DNA of 64,000 nucleotides, taken from Ophelia neglecta. Taxonomy: Eukaryota. Location: the NCBI GenBank assembly GCA_965285935.1, contig OZ260661.1, positions 46,314,001 to 46,378,000 on the forward strand, in the 5' to 3' direction. Every line of letters starts with the position of its first letter. Positions within the stretch are counted from its first letter, which is position 1. Made by a program: the position numbers and the translations under genes. Positions 11,569 through 26,551 of this stretch are shown here, piece after piece. Under the pieces are notes generated by a model. It was not told the DNA's origin, did not search any database, and saw nothing but the letters and a program-made list of their open reading frames with translations.

Positions 11569-13299
11569 TTACCTGCATAAACGGTATTTTCCCCTCAAAT
11601 CTACTTTATTTAATATTATTCATGCTATGATTCCTTTATGAACATTTTTCATAATTGCAGCTTTGTTTATTTGTGCTACTTATTTCTTATTTCTCTTCGT
11701 ATTTTTAATCTTAACATTGTTTTGATAAACATAGATACAAACATCATTTTTTATCTTCTGTTTTATTAAAGCGTGTGTATAATGAAAATCAAATTATATT
11801 ACCAGAGGCGTCTGTAAGAAATAAAATGGCAAACAAAAGGAATCGATAACCGGCAGACACAGCATAATCATATATTACTCAGTAAGTCGTCCATAAATCA
11901 TCAGGAACCATGCACGAGTAACTCATACAAACCGTAAGTAAGTATCACGTGTGTTTATATAGATGAATGTGATCAAAATTAGACACTAATTCGAACTAAA
12001 GTTTGCTGCAGGGTTAGGATTAATCGTATTTCTAAAATGCCTCTTTGATGGTCTTGTGATTGAATCATAAGTCCATGGCTATTCTGTGCTCAGATCTGGG
12101 AAGGCGTTTACTGTAGTAAGTAAGTTCAATTTAATGACTACTTGTTTTCATTCATATTAAAACGAAATACGAATTAAATAGGCAGCAGGGATATGAAACT
12201 ATTTAAACCTTTGTTGCTCTGAGGTTCTCGTTGATCGGTTGAGAGACACGTGTATTTAAAGCCTAAGCAAATTAAGTTTGAGTAATAAACTATTGTTTAT
12301 AAAAAAATAATGAGTTTGTACAGACATCGTAAAAGGCACTGTTTTTTTTCTTTTTGTAGAAACAATGTAGCGTGCATGTACTGTTATTGACTTCTCGTGT
12401 CCCATATATCTGCATTTGATTTTTGTAATGGAAATCTACCGCATATTTTGACAATTGTTTTCATCAATTGATTTCACTGGTAAGCAAAATGTACCTATCA
12501 AATTCTGGATTTCATGCTTTGATAAATGTTAGGTTTTACAACTCTCCAAGGGTTGACCTATCCCATCAGCCTTTCTTTGAGGAGAATTATCTTGACATTC
12601 GGGAGTCTATTCTTCACGTTGTGATGGAGTTTCCTTGGTTTGTTTTTCCCCGGGGAATTCGTTAAGATTCTGACATTAGTCAACCTGGTGATATGCCTAC
12701 TTTACAAGTCTCTGTGTCTTACCAACCCCTAAGGAGAGGGGATTAGTTAGGACATCTCAGAGTAGGGTATTGTTACATTTCATCCTGTCAGAATGTTATA
12801 CCCTCAGGTTCTTATTTCCTGGTGCCTGAAAGCTAAGTCTTCTGGTAAGCTCACCCAAGTATATTGTGTTCATATTAATGACATCGCATCGAAAAGTAAC
12901 ACCATAATTTGGCCTTTATTAAAACGGATTCCGCCTACTGAATGCCTACAGTTACGTATTCAATGACATTACTGTTTTGTGTTTTAAACTTCTCTCGGGA
13001 GGCAGGTCCTCAAGATATGGCATTTATCTGCCTTTGTCGTTGAAAGAAACCCAACCGGATCACTGTCCTGGTTGAATTACAGTTAGGCTCCCAGTTTACT
13101 TGATACAGGCTTCAGGGGAATATTTCCTGTTTGATGTCGTTGATGTACTTTTATCAGACTCGGGGAACTCGTAAAGCTTTGATACATTCTTTTCAGAATT
13201 TATTTAGCGGCCTCTACCTGTACGTGTAACAAAGGATTTACATAGAAAAAAAATGGATTTGAAAGAATCAAGTGCAAAGTTTAAAGTCGATTTTTATTG

Positions 13300-14560
13300 G
13301 GAAAAAACAGTTTCTAACACACAATGAGGATATTTTATTGAAAGGATGCATGATATTTGCATATCTTGAGAGAGTTCACAAGCCTGTTATGGCAATGCAG
13401 CAAATCACAGGAGATGCTGTAAGTACTGTTAGAGTATTCTGTTAATACATTTCCTTGCACAAGCAGGATGAGTAAGTTTAATCCTAGATGCGTGTTATCA
13501 CGATCTGTGTGACACTGAAGGTTGCGGATAAAGTAATGGTGATTACATTGTCATTTCCATGAAGTTGTCATTCCAGCCGAACAGGTTTCATTGTCAGATA
13601 CATGGACTGGTAGCTGTCACCGAACACACCCACGGAATTGATACTGTCTCACAAGAAAGAGGTCAAACGTGAGTCCCATTCCAAAACACGAATTTGTCTC
13701 GTATGGCTGTTTGCTTTGGCGCAAAACTGCGAAATCATGAATATTTCCTGTGAAAAGGTGATGCCAAAATGTAGTTAGAGGAAGAACAAGACATTTGGCC
13801 AATTCTATTGGGGTTTTTCGAGTACATGTGCTTTAAAGTACTCAGTAGTTTGTATTGCTTTGAAATTAGCCCATATTTCAGTGAGCTCAAGGATTATGAA
13901 ATATAGTTATGCTGCCGAGAGTAGCTGACACAAGGTGAAATAAGGCTTGGAATCCAACAGGATATTTGAAGCTGTCACACCTTTTGGCACTCAGCTGAAG
14001 GAATTTCGAGAACATGTGTTTCTAGCGTCTAATTCATTGTACGCCTCCACATTCTACATTGCTCTTCATTTGACTTGTCAAAGGAATCGGCTTTACTATT
14101 AGACTTTCCAGGAACGTTTCATTGGACTTGCATATGCTCACAACAAAATAGTTATACCAAAATTTATGGAATGGTTTAACGAAGAGATTACTCTCCAGGT
14201 ATATTTGATAAACGTGATTCAGATGGTGAAATATTGTGATTGAGAACGATATTGATATATGTTTCCTGGTTGTTTATCATAAAGTTTTGTTTGTGTTTAT
14301 ACTTGTATAATTACAGTTCCCTCTTGACACTGAATTTTGTATATGTATGGTGGGCATGGAATTTGCCTAATGTACCAGTGGTGATTTCTGCGCTGGAATT
14401 TAAATGGCTCCAATTTCATCAAGAAGTTTGAATTCGCCGAATTTTCTTCCAAACGAAGCTGGGGTAACCATGATCTCAACCATTTGGATGATAAACCTGC
14501 CAACTATTGGTTTGGAATAGGGCATCATTGCTCCGATTTCTCTAGATCAACATAGAGATT
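13300..14560 (-). mobile_element. Decayed RTE-like LINE reverse transcriptase relic
   Basis: Ordered degenerate motifs on the minus strand: EQCRMWR (~ESQCGFR), HMFS..LQL..K, KLLSTLKHMYS, VLPLTTFGITFS (~VLAPTLFGIFFS, with frameshift). Boundaries are approximate. Confidence 0.4.
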
Positions 14561-16424
14561 AGCCTAGAGAAAGGTCATACCCTGCCTAACATAGTGTCCC
14601 ACCAACAGGGCGACAACTTAGTTAGCTTTGTTAGTATCGAAAAGCAGTCTGGCTCATATTCAAACTAGCAATACCACTAAGATAATCCGGGTATCTTATG
14701 TCGAGAAAAGCCGGGAATCCAAGAGAACCCCCGCAACTCCCGCTAGAAAGTCTCGCCCGTCATGTAAACAAATTCACTGTCTTAGACAAGCAACTCCTGT
14801 TGCGTATTAACTATCAAGGAAAACTTCCCTGCAAATAAATTGAGTCTTGAATTTCAGCGGCTGTGAGTGGTTAAGTGACCTTTCTGAAATATGTAACCCC
14901 TATTATCGGTTAGAGATTTGAGCTATGTTAGTTTTGGCTGCGATACAAAGTGATCGTTATCATACAAACTTTCCCTGATCCCTCTGACAGGAAGAGTTTC
15001 CTTATCACCGATTTATGTGTCTTGTGGTGTAAGAATAACAAAATGTAGATCCGAGCCTGAGTAAGTCTCCAAACTAGTAACACAAACAAGACTAATTACT
15101 TACCCAAAAGTCAACTATCGAAAACTATCGTTTGCTAAGACTAGAGTACTTATTATGAGTTTTGGACGAAGTATTGAGTGTTCCATAACTTTACTTGGCT
15201 TTAGATTTAATTCTAATTCGACAAGAATGTCGGTCAGTTCTTTCAAAAGTGGTTTCTCAGTTGTGTTCTGTGCAAACATGGTATATCCTGGAGGTGGAGG
15301 AGGAGGAATTGCTATCTTAATCCAATTTGGAATTGCCCTAGGAAAGAAACCGAACCGAATATTGCAGTTATCACAAAAGCAAACATGAGGTTATAAGCAA
15401 GTTATCGGTGATTCCTGTCCTGTCTCGAGCAGGCTGAGCTATAACAGTGATCAAGGGAACACTTGCTCATAGCCCCGTAAACCGCTCAAGGCCACATTTT
15501 AGTCTCCATCACCTTGCGTAGTGAACCGAGTGAAAGATAAATTTGATCATCCTATCTCGTATCACCAGTATGTTTTCTGGCTCTGGCAGCAAGGCAGATC
15601 TGCCAGAGGATACGTCGAATTGCTCCACGTTTGCCCTTTGACTCTTTTAGCTTAGCGGCGCCCGGTTCGGCCATCCAGACTCGAGAAGCACGCCTGATTA
15701 GCACGGCTAACAATCTGGCAGATATTGGGTGTGATGGGGTGAAAAGGCTGCCCACTGGCAGCAGAAATTGGTGCAGCATTACCGAGGGAAACCAGATAAA
15801 TAATCACCGATGAATATAATACCACCAACAAAACTTTAAAAAGATCCACCCGTATCTCACTGAATCGACATTAATAACTAAACGTGGAAAACGATCGCCA
15901 AAGCTAGTATACACAGTTGGTAAAAATGTAATGCAAATTTATATAAGGCGGACGTATATTTTCATTATCTATTGTGGAGTCCTTTTCTCTATGCTTATTT
16001 CTTATATTTCTTGTGAAATCGAACATGTAGACCTCGTAGTAATATATACCAGAGTGTGTACCCCATTTAGACCGGCCTGGCCCTCTTACGATCTGAAGGG
16101 TCAGTCATGTAAATATAAATAGGTCGTCCATTATTCAATCCCTTATACACATAAGGCGGTTAACTAGCGGTAATATTACAGTAGACAGACGACCTCATAT
16201 TTATAATTATCATTCAAACGAGAATGTGAGTATTAGGCAGCCTATTTAACCAGATTTATGGCTATGTAATAAAAACGGTGAAAATATGCTGAGGGCAGTA
16301 TTTATGCTTCATTCCAGTCTATAGCCATAGGCCTGTAACCATATTAGTCCAATATATTGAGCTAATAAACGGTTCTTAGACGCAAACAACGTTATTATAG
16401 CAGACGACTTTAGCCGTGTTCACT

Positions 16425-16438
16425 CCACAAGAGGGCGT
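16425..16438 (+). promoter_or_regulatory. CTCF-like motif CCACAAGAGGGCGT
   Basis: Matches the CTCF core CCRSNAGRKGGCR; motif match only. Confidence 0.35.
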
Positions 16439-19400
16439 AGCAGTCGATCCGAAGCGCTGCGTTTTTCTGTGATGAAAGGAAATATTCACATGTCTCTAAA
16501 ATATAGAAGCGCAAAAATATTGATGTTTTGCAGAGAATTGTAAGGCCTTTGCAGATCCAACATAATGTTTTCCATAAAAATTGGAACGGCATTTATTTTC
16601 TGTGTACATAGATTGCCCCTGATTTATTCAAGGCCATATAGAGTTGATGGTATTTTGTAATTTCGATTCGCCTGTTACGTCCATCATCCCGAAATACGCG
16701 AGATTTTGAGAATAGGACAGATTATTAACTTATTATCCACATTTAAACACCAATAGGTATCAGGATGAAGGGTTCATGCGAACAAACTTTGGGCTTACAG
16801 CCCAGCGCCCCCACAAAGTACGTGTACATCATGCAACCATAACTTGAGGTCATTTATCAGGTAAAGCCGGTATCACGAGAATTCAAGAAATGCAAGAATA
16901 GTCGAACTGGCGCCTCGCCGACAACTTAAAACAAAGGCTCGCATCTTTTTTTATAGTTTGTTTTTATTCAATTTGAAATTCTCTGCCTGTGGCCGATTTG
17001 CGATCACCTGTGTCCGACGCCGAGCCTGTTTATGACAAGCCAGTTTTTGTGGTTGATTTGTTTATTCAAGGTGTCGTCTGTCTACTTGCCTATCGGACAA
17101 GGGGCGGGGTAGTAGATAGACTCATCATACGCCCCGTCAAGTTGGACTTGGCCATATGATACAGGGGTGGTCCGCGGCCTGGTGTAATGACAATCCCTCG
17201 AGAATCGTCACGCGATACAATCGGTGTCGGATTCGAACAGGTATTGTTTGGTATTGATCGGGGAAATTATTTTGTCAGAGGCACAGAAAGTTAATCATTT
17301 CTGTGACATCTTCTTGACGACGGGCCATAATGGGGTTTTGTTCACCTGTATAACTAGACGCCCGTTGAGAATTTGGTGTTTTCATAAGTTGTCAACGGTA
17401 GAAAAAGACCTGTAATGCGTGGAAATGGATTCTGCCTTAATCACAGAATGGTTAGGCAAATCTTTAACTATTTAAAAAATTGAAGCGAAGAACATGCTGT
17501 CAGACGGTTTTTTAGATTCCATGTTGGCCAATTCTTGTCAGTACGGGGGGTATTAAATTTCTTACACTTTACGTCAATTACCTATACGATTACAAGACCA
17601 GACCCTCCAGACATCATCACCACTCACCGATGTATTATACAGCCTGTCGACCTAGCGGGGTGGAATAATTAAACCCTATCTGGTTACCACCTCCTATCTC
17701 TTTATTTTCCTTGAAAAGATTTACATGAGTTTAACACATCAAATAAATGTAAGGCATACTCATCGTGCATCGTTTAAAAAGCTATTTACAAAATCTAGTT
17801 ATGTTTTTATTAAGAAGACCTTGCGAGGACCTGTTGAACTCATTCACCTGGTCATTATCCAGTCCTATATCTATAACTATCACTTAGGGGGGAGGTGTTA
17901 AGGCATAAGGGAACTGCCAACAATACTCTATCAATATAGGCAAAGGTATATACCCTACCATTGTGAAGAACAGCATCACCAACAACAACAAGAGTTTTTG
18001 GATTTTAACATATATAAAGGGTGCAGAGTGGGTGATTTGTTCATTTTTGAGGTCTTGTTGTTTATGAAATATCGTTTCTCTTTCTTTTGTTTTATAAGAT
18101 ATCGTTCCTCCTTCTTTCGAAGGGCATAAGGGGATGCAACAATGCCTGCAGACTGGACATTGTGCAGGAGTGTGAATGATGGAAGATAATCCCTCAATAG
18201 CTGGTGCCTTTTGTGTGCTTATACAAGGGTATCACATGATCTCTCTCGAATCTTGTTATTTGCGAACCCCCCTGGAGTGTAAATTGCTATACTTTGGGGT
18301 CTGACTCGAGAATTATACGAACATTTAGTCGTAGTTTGCCGAGGTCTTTAGATTGGGTGAACAGTTTCCTTGGCTCGTCAGATGTCAGTATGCCTTTATG
18401 CACCTGACCAACCGCTCGTTATGTGATAAATGCTAAAGAGTTATTTTGTCAGCTTTAATATCATTATCGTATCTCGGCTCTAGCTATAGGTAAGGCGATA
18501 CCTGTCGGCAGTCAGACCGACTAGCGGGATAGCCATCGTGTCTGCCAATAAGAATTTACACCTGGCCGATTCTCAAAGGCCATAGCTTAATTATAATACC
18601 TTGGCAATACGGGTCTTCATTTCATCTGCCACATCATGGCCCCACGCTAAAAGAGGGAAATTGCACCCTTAGATTGTGGAAGACTATGTAATTGATTCAT
18701 CTATTCAACATTTACTAAATTCGTGATAGGATATACTTTGCTCAACAATAAACACCTAAGTAAACTCGGTATTAACTTGTCCATCAAAATGGAAACCTTA
18801 AACCAACAAAGCCTCAATGCCCCATAGAACAACACTGGCATCCAAATAAAGTATAAAAATCTCATCGCCAATAGAAAGAACCGGAAAACACCTCGCTAAG
18901 ATAAAGTTATTTTCTACATTTCAGGTGACGTCTAGCTCTCCAGTGGTGGTAGAGTGCACAGTGGGAGCATCTATTGGTGTTGTCTACTTTCACCAATTAT
19001 CTGGACTTGAATTGAATACCACCTGGATATGTCTGTTCTATACAAATTTCAAAGAAAATAATTCTTGACCTTTCGCGTTTGTTCAGTAATTCATTCTATT
19101 TATGAAGGATAAATAAGATGAAATTATTTAGGGTAATTGAGAAGAATCCGTGCCTGATAGGGTGTGCTTAAATAGTCCTTTAAGACGATTCCAAGGCAGG
19201 GCCGGCATTTGCAGAGTCCCGCTGGGCTATTCAGCACAATCATTCTGCTGAATGAGGCCGAACAAAGACGAAGATAGCCGGACAATGGCGGAAATCTCCC
19301 CTAAAACATCCAGCCTACCAAAGAGGTGTGAATGCGAACGAGGGTGGCATTACCGGGCCATTAAAGCCCCAATGTCTATCACTGGAGTGTCATGATATTT

Positions 19401-21505
19401 TTCAAGTAATCTTGATATTCATATGTGTCATTTATATGTGTCATTTAGGCGTTATCATGGCTCCGTCTATGTAGCCCACCAGTCGGGTTGTAAGTGTAGC
19501 AATGCACGTGGCTTTTGAGTGAGGTTCTGAAGAATGATTTGAACAAGCCCCCCTCCAAGGCATTGACACATCTGAGTGACAGAGGACTTAACAAACAAAT
19601 AACCAGTACCTCTTAACATGAGAACGTAATGCCCATGGAAAGTACTCTGCTAAATAACCCAATAATTGAAAATGTTGAACAGGTTTGGCTGACCAAGCGC
19701 ATAGGTGCAATTTACAAACTAAAGATCTCAACAAAATCAGTCCAACTGTCTGAAGTTTTGCTGACATGGTTCCATTAGTATATCTCTGCCTTAAGAAAAC
19801 TTGTGATTTGCATGGCCCTTTGTCAGTTAACAAGGTATCATGTGTAGTTTATTTTTGAAATATCTGATTGGTTTTTTATTGCCAAAATTGCATTGTGTGT
19901 ATATGTATGTCTTTTTTAGGGATCTGCCTGCGGCTGAAGTCAACAATAATTCCCGAGGACCATCAACTCTGATCTGACTCGTCTCGGAAATATGACCCAT
20001 CAAAGGTTGATATTAGTGAGTCATGCCCGTTTTCTTTGGACTTCTGTTATTGTCAAAGCCGGTAATAATTGAAGACATCTTTTCCTGGGGTTATGTACCG
20101 AGTTTAGTTCATTTTTGTCCCTCTTGCCAATTTCTGTCCAAGGTCTCTTTGGTCTGTAAAAGCCTCCACACTGAGACTTGGTCCAGCCACTTCAGGAGAA
20201 ACCACAACTTAGTGAATTCCATCACCTAAGTCAATATTGGCAGCTATTAGCCCCGCCAGCAATGACCGCCTTAGCTTGGTAAAAGGTCGAACCAAATGTC
20301 CCCCGATTATGTATTTATTTCTGTGGAAATATCCTGAACTGTTTACATTGAGTTTTTCTAAGTCATCGTTGAAGGCAAGGAGATGAGAACCATTCAATTC
20401 TAGTTAGCTGTATTTGACCAGAAAATTGTCCGAATTCTTTTGTTCGGAGCTTTCGTAAGCCCAACATTTAGGTTGCTGTTGACACAATTCCAGACATATT
20501 GAGAATTAAATTCGGTATCTATTCGGCTGAAGTGTGCTTGGTATATTGGACCACTTCTCTTTCCTGTGGCATTTTGACAGAATTTGTTCAGGTGAAACTT
20601 AACACTTCCATCGAATTTAGCCATTCAAAAAATAGCCGTAGGTGAAATCCAGTCATAGTGTGAGTTACAATTTATTGCTATGTGGAAAGAATTTGAAATA
20701 GATAGGAGATTGATTTGTATTTATTCAATGCGGTCTTGTCAACACACAAGGGACCCATGTTGGTAAGGGACTTTGTTGGTCATATCGAGGGCTATTTTCA
20801 TAAACTTTCACCATGTTGACAGCACTGACAGACAGTCTAATCATTTTTAACTGCCATTGTTTGCTTGAAGGTATTTGCCGAGTTTTGCCGAGTCGATATA
20901 AGAAGTTCTTGTGTTGCTCAGCGTTGGTTTTCATTTTAAGCTGCGCAAATTTCCTGGTAAACAATGCCCGAGGGCAGAAACGCGATGCGCCATAGATAGT
21001 CGTGGCATCTATTCGGAGTAACTGGCCACAGCTGCCGAGTTGTTGGGCATTCTCCGCCCCACCTGACGAGAAAGGTCGAGCGGCTTGGACCATAGGCCGC
21101 TGGTTGAACGCTAATGGACGTACTATTTAGGTGAAAATGCTCCTACAAGATCTAATAAGTGGGGTCTCGACACGATGGGCTTTGTAAAGTGTGCTGGAGC
21201 GTCGCCCTATTTAGAAGTAAAACAATCTTCATGAAATCGAAAAGAATAGCCAACACTTCAAAGAATAAACACAATGGAGATAGGCGTTTGCACTGATATG
21301 GGCGTAAAGGAAAGTTTCTGAAACCCACTCCTTTAAAACTACTTTCCATTAAGATATTCCAAACACTGGGCTGTTATTGTTACGATAAGTGTGTTGCCAT
21401 CTTAACTGAGTAGCATTGTATTTCTCCTAGCAGTCAGTTTAATGACAGAGTCAAGCAAAAAAAAATATTATTTGTGGGGTATTATTAAATCATATCATCT
21501 GTAGA

Positions 21506-21519
21506 GCTCCCCCTAGCGG
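21506..21519 (-). promoter_or_regulatory. CTCF-like motif CCGCTAGGGGGAGC
   Basis: Near-consensus CTCF core on the minus strand; motif match only. Confidence 0.4.
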
Positions 21520-24500
21520 TCTCAGAACGCTAAACGATTGTCGGACAATTACGAACGGTAAACGTTAATTGGGTTTGTATAGATAAAACTGTCAGAACGC
21601 CGCTTGAGGCATGTTGACTCGCAGACTGATGAAAATCGAAATTATAGACTGGGGTCCATTTCGTATCGATGATACAGTTAAATGGGCCCGGGCCGATATT
21701 GGTGGCTCAAAGATTAGCAAACACCATATCAGACGACAATGATCGATAACCGTACATAGGTAAATGGTGAAGAGAACGCATGCAAGACAGACGGCACGAG
21801 AGCCGATATCCCAAACTTGAGCAGGGTGGGATTCTGGGAGGCGGAAATGACATCGTTTTGTCGTCAATTGTAGCCGTCGTGTTAATGCATTTTGCGTGTC
21901 GTGATTTGACACTATTGAGAACTGCTACACTGCCGGCGGGACCAAGTCAGACAAACGTTAAGTAACTTTCCTACCAACCGGAAGTGGGGAAACCTAGAGG
22001 TTATGGAGACATGAGCAGGGTCTTTCAGAGTGTCGGGGGTAATGAATGAGGTGCAGTTCATGTCTAAAAGTCAGAGTAAACGCAGTGGAAGGCATTTAAT
22101 AGCTTTTGAGGATACGCCCTCCGACAAATGCAAACTCACATCCATAGTCGCTTGGCCATCACGTAGCCTTTGTGAACTCAATGACACTCAAGATCATTCC
22201 ATAAATTGTGGTTTGCTGCTTAGCGCGCCAGTAATATCATGAAATAAATTTCATTGATTAAAGAACTTGAACTAGCTAGGCAGTTACAAATTGTCTCATT
22301 GAATGGCTCCCTTATCACCGGCCAAACTGTAAATAATATATGTTGTAATGTGTTACTTCCACTACCAACTGTGCAAAGTGTTTCTTCCACTACCTAATGT
22401 AACACATTTCAATACAGTTTGACTCATTGGAACAATATGAATCAACCAGAAACTGTGAAGAGATTAGGCCCAAAAGAACCATATTTCTCTGTGTAACTTG
22501 GGATAGATTTTGTATGTTATTATACCCCATGCAGGTTTAACGGACTCCTTATTAGTCGCACTTAAATGAAATCCATTATATATATGTATTGTTCTGAATC
22601 ACATTGAGAAAAAGACACGTGTTAAGGTCAATTCCTCACGCCTTGTCATGAACCTGCTGAACTCGAGTAACCCTTCATTACACATATTAGCCGATGCCTC
22701 ATTATCAGATTATTGCTTTATGTTTGTTAATACTGTTGTGAGTGACCTTTAGTTTGACTTGGATATAAAGTGATTTGATGCCTATATGATTGTATACTTA
22801 TCGAGTACACATGGCCTGATTGTGTCAATCAAGCGCTAGGTAGACAATTGGACGGGTACAGTTGTTTCTAAATTGCAGTAATCATTGGCGAACACTATAT
22901 CCCTGGCGACCTTTTCAACAACAGATATTATATGAAGCACCGTTCATTTTCTCTTTAGCCTGGTTCATCTCCGGCCAACAGTCAGTGATTAGAAGTTTCG
23001 TTTGGCGGAAATTCTTACTGCCAATATCAGTATTAACTAATGGTGAGCCGAGCTAACACCAACTTGGGGCTGAATGGTAGTCGTCGTGGTTGCAGGTTTT
23101 TCCGGGTGTTATCACGGGGTGCGCGAGTAGGCCGAGCTAATAAGGGAGCAGACGGCCTCGAGCAGGCGCGGGAAGATCGGGTGTCGCCTGATAATTGACG
23201 GGGCGGGGCCCGACATGGCGGCCAGAATCACCAGCCGTCTGTTGTATAATGGCCGACTAGCTGTCTTAAATTGAGGGGGGAGCAAGGATTTGATACAGCC
23301 ACCTTACTCCCTTTTGCACGTTCACCGATATATGATCATACAGGATACACAGTATGTCCTGCGAACTTTATTAACGGACCCTCGTGTTCACCCGATAATC
23401 CATAAGATCAACACCAAAGTGGAACAGGACAAAAAGGGTTCACACAGACTGATCAGTTATGAAATCTAGTTTAAAAGCAAACCTAATAGTTCTAATTGAG
23501 TTGACCAATCGTGTTAGTGATGTTGCCTAACCTTTGAAGCAGACAACACATGACAGGTGTACAGGGCGTGCGTGTCACAAACATTTTCTATGGTTTGGGG
23601 CAATCATTGCGTTTAGTATATAGATCTATAGCGGCCACTCTGAAAATTGCGATGTTTAATTGAAAATAGGGCACATACGGGGAATCGCCAAATGGTGATG
23701 TCAAAATAAGCCAAGGGAATTGCCAGTATAAAGATCCCAAACTGAATGTTACCATTACATTGGAATACATGAGGTGTGGACAAAACAAGGGGTTTGACCT
23801 CAAAACTAGACTGTGGCGGTCAAATATCGTATGGTATTTATTGCTATGAGTTAGATATTTTTTGATATAACTATTGTGTTTAAGTAATAATCAAATAAGG
23901 AGAAATTTCAGGAATAATGGCGATAATAAAGCTCTAATTTTATATGGGTCAGAGGGATGTGCATGAAGAGTGAATGGGGTTCATTGCACACAAACCAACA
24001 TGGCCCTCTGGTGCATGTCCCATTATTCAGAGTATAGAGCCCCATATGTTAAACTTCAAAACATATAATTAAAAAATAACTACTGTGAAAAAAAGGTTCG
24101 ACCTTCTTTAAAAACATATGTTTGAAAATGGGGTGCATTATTTTCTAAATCTCATTCATCTACAACCTATTATAGAAATTTATGAAAAAAAACGCTGGGT
24201 AAATTTTATATAGACTTACCCCAAACCCCTATTTAGAAAATACCTTCACGCGCTAGTCATTCAACATTTCGTTACAACTTTTTTATATGATGGTCCAACT
24301 TAGCCATAAAAAACCCTACAATTTGCAATGAACACAGATATTGGGTGGGAGAGTCGAAGACGAGAAAACGTCGAAAATATCCCCTGCTCTCTTCTACAGG
24401 CGTGCATGGCTATAACATACATTGTCGTAAGCAATGGCTGGCTCCCTTCCCGGGTGGCAGATGTGCAAGAAAACTCGGCTATACATGTATATTACTTAAA

Positions 24501-26362
24501 CAACTGTTAAGTATAGGCCTAACGCATATACTAACACTCTATTCGGAGTGTCCAGTTTCTATTTTTTCCTAACCCTAAAAGTTCCATATCTCAGTTTGAA
24601 TAATAATATTAATAATTTAGCACATTCGGACTGTTTGATACATGTCTTCCCTACATCTTCTATTGGAACCTCAGGTTTTCTTAATTCACCTGGCGTGCCC
24701 CAATAACACTGGGGTCCCTATGCACTTTCCACGGACGGGCTGTATAATCCGATATTATCGGTCATCATAATAATGCAGTCATGTGTTTACTCATAATTGC
24801 GACAGAAACAAAAATGGAGCAATTTTCAACCCTACCTCACTATGTAATAATTATAATACAACACAATACAAATCCACGAATCCACGAAACATTTGTAGAG
24901 CGGAACATTCGTGCTACCTAATCTATATCAATGCTGTGACGTCACTGAAAAAATTTAATAGCCAAAGAATGTTTCTTGCCTATAGAGTATAGCAACAAAT
25001 ATAAATGTTCTCATTCGAGTTGGAATAATATGACATCATTAAAAGCCAAATATTGGCTTGTTCTGTGTCACAATATGTCATTAGTCACAAGATCTGTTAC
25101 TATGGTTTTATGTTTATATATCATCTTCAATATAGGCCTAGGCCTAATAGTAATATTACTGGTCATACAAATGAGACAATCTAACTAACTTGACAGTAAT
25201 TTAAAGAATGCAGTACGATCTGCCGAGGGACGGCAATATTTTGGACAACACCCATTGCTCGTGCTTATTCTAACGTTACCCACAGGGTCCCCATGAATGT
25301 TCCAGGATCATGAGCATGTAAGGACAATATCGTTAAAAGTCTGGCTATTACACTGCAATTTCGATCGATTGCTTACCATGTCGCACCTGCGGCGATATTG
25401 ATAATATCCGATGGATCATGATTGTGTTTGGTGGTCGATATTAGGGGACCAATCCTATCAGGCTCGGTTCACACGCCCTCCCCGTTGATAGTGCACAATA
25501 GTGGGATACTGATCGGAAACTTATCGGATGCCTTTCTGGGCTCTCTCATGGTAAAGCCATGCTGAACTTAAAATGTTTTCGCTGAGTAAATTACACATTT
25601 CATTTTCGTCGATTGACAAAATTGATTTACCATCGCGTGCAGCCAAATGCGACTTTCTTTTCAGGCTGGGATTTAGTGCGTATCCCTCACAATGGTAATC
25701 TGCTTTAATTGCTCTCCGAAACCAGACGCCACCCTATTGGCGCGCTTTTCCTAATGCAGCAGACGATAGGAAGCACTCGCATTATTAAATGTGTCACATT
25801 CTATGATACTCGCCCGAATAACTGATGAAACAACGCAATTATCTTTTATCTGTGAATTAAAGTATAGACCAGTGAATAATACGACTCTCTGCGTAATGAC
25901 GTGACGCCAGGCTTGGTTAGTCGATGAAAATAGTTATAATTTGAGGGATAAAGCCACATTAGGTGATGACTCAATGGACGACGGACTTATTGTAATTACT
26001 AATACAAGATGATCTGCTGTTCAGCTAGACAAACTTTATAAGTGTCCAGACAATGGATCACCAAGCCGCTTTACGTCACTCAGAGAACTCATCGATTGCT
26101 CGTGCACTTGGTGGCTGCCATTTTACCAGAATAGGAGAAAGGACCAAATTTAAAAAAATTGAAATTGTTTACATGGTAAAAGTATAATTACGGGCACATT
26201 TTAGTTGGTCCATGTACGTTGTAAATAGTCCTTTTTTATTATTAAAATTATTTTCGGTAAAGAATATTTGAACAGAACCAAGTCTTTTGTATCATAATTT
26301 CGCTAGGGATTCATTTTAACGGAGTTGTTCTCCAAATTTGCATGTATTAAGAAATTATTGTA

Positions 26363-26551
26363 CAGTAAAACCTGTCTTTGAGACCATTTATTCTCAGACC
26401 ACCTGCCTATTCAAAGCACTAATATGAAGACCATACGGTATGCTTTCAATGCAAAATGACCTTTTTAAACAGACACCCCCATTCGAATTCTCAAATTATC
26501 AGACCTGTATTTTCCAGTCGATAGGGTGGTCTAAATTCACAGGTTTCACTG
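26363..26551. mobile_element. Tc1/mariner-pogo type MITE, 189 bp
   Basis: TA-CAGTAAAACCTGTCTTTGAGACCA ... TGGTCTAAATTCACAGGTTTCACTG-TA: imperfect TIRs, TA TSD and repeated AGACC(ACC) subterminal motifs. Confidence 0.8.

Noticed and set aside
19560-21100. Cluster of short minus-strand ORFs suggestive of a decayed transposase
   Set aside because: I could not identify catalytic motifs, TIRs or TSDs.
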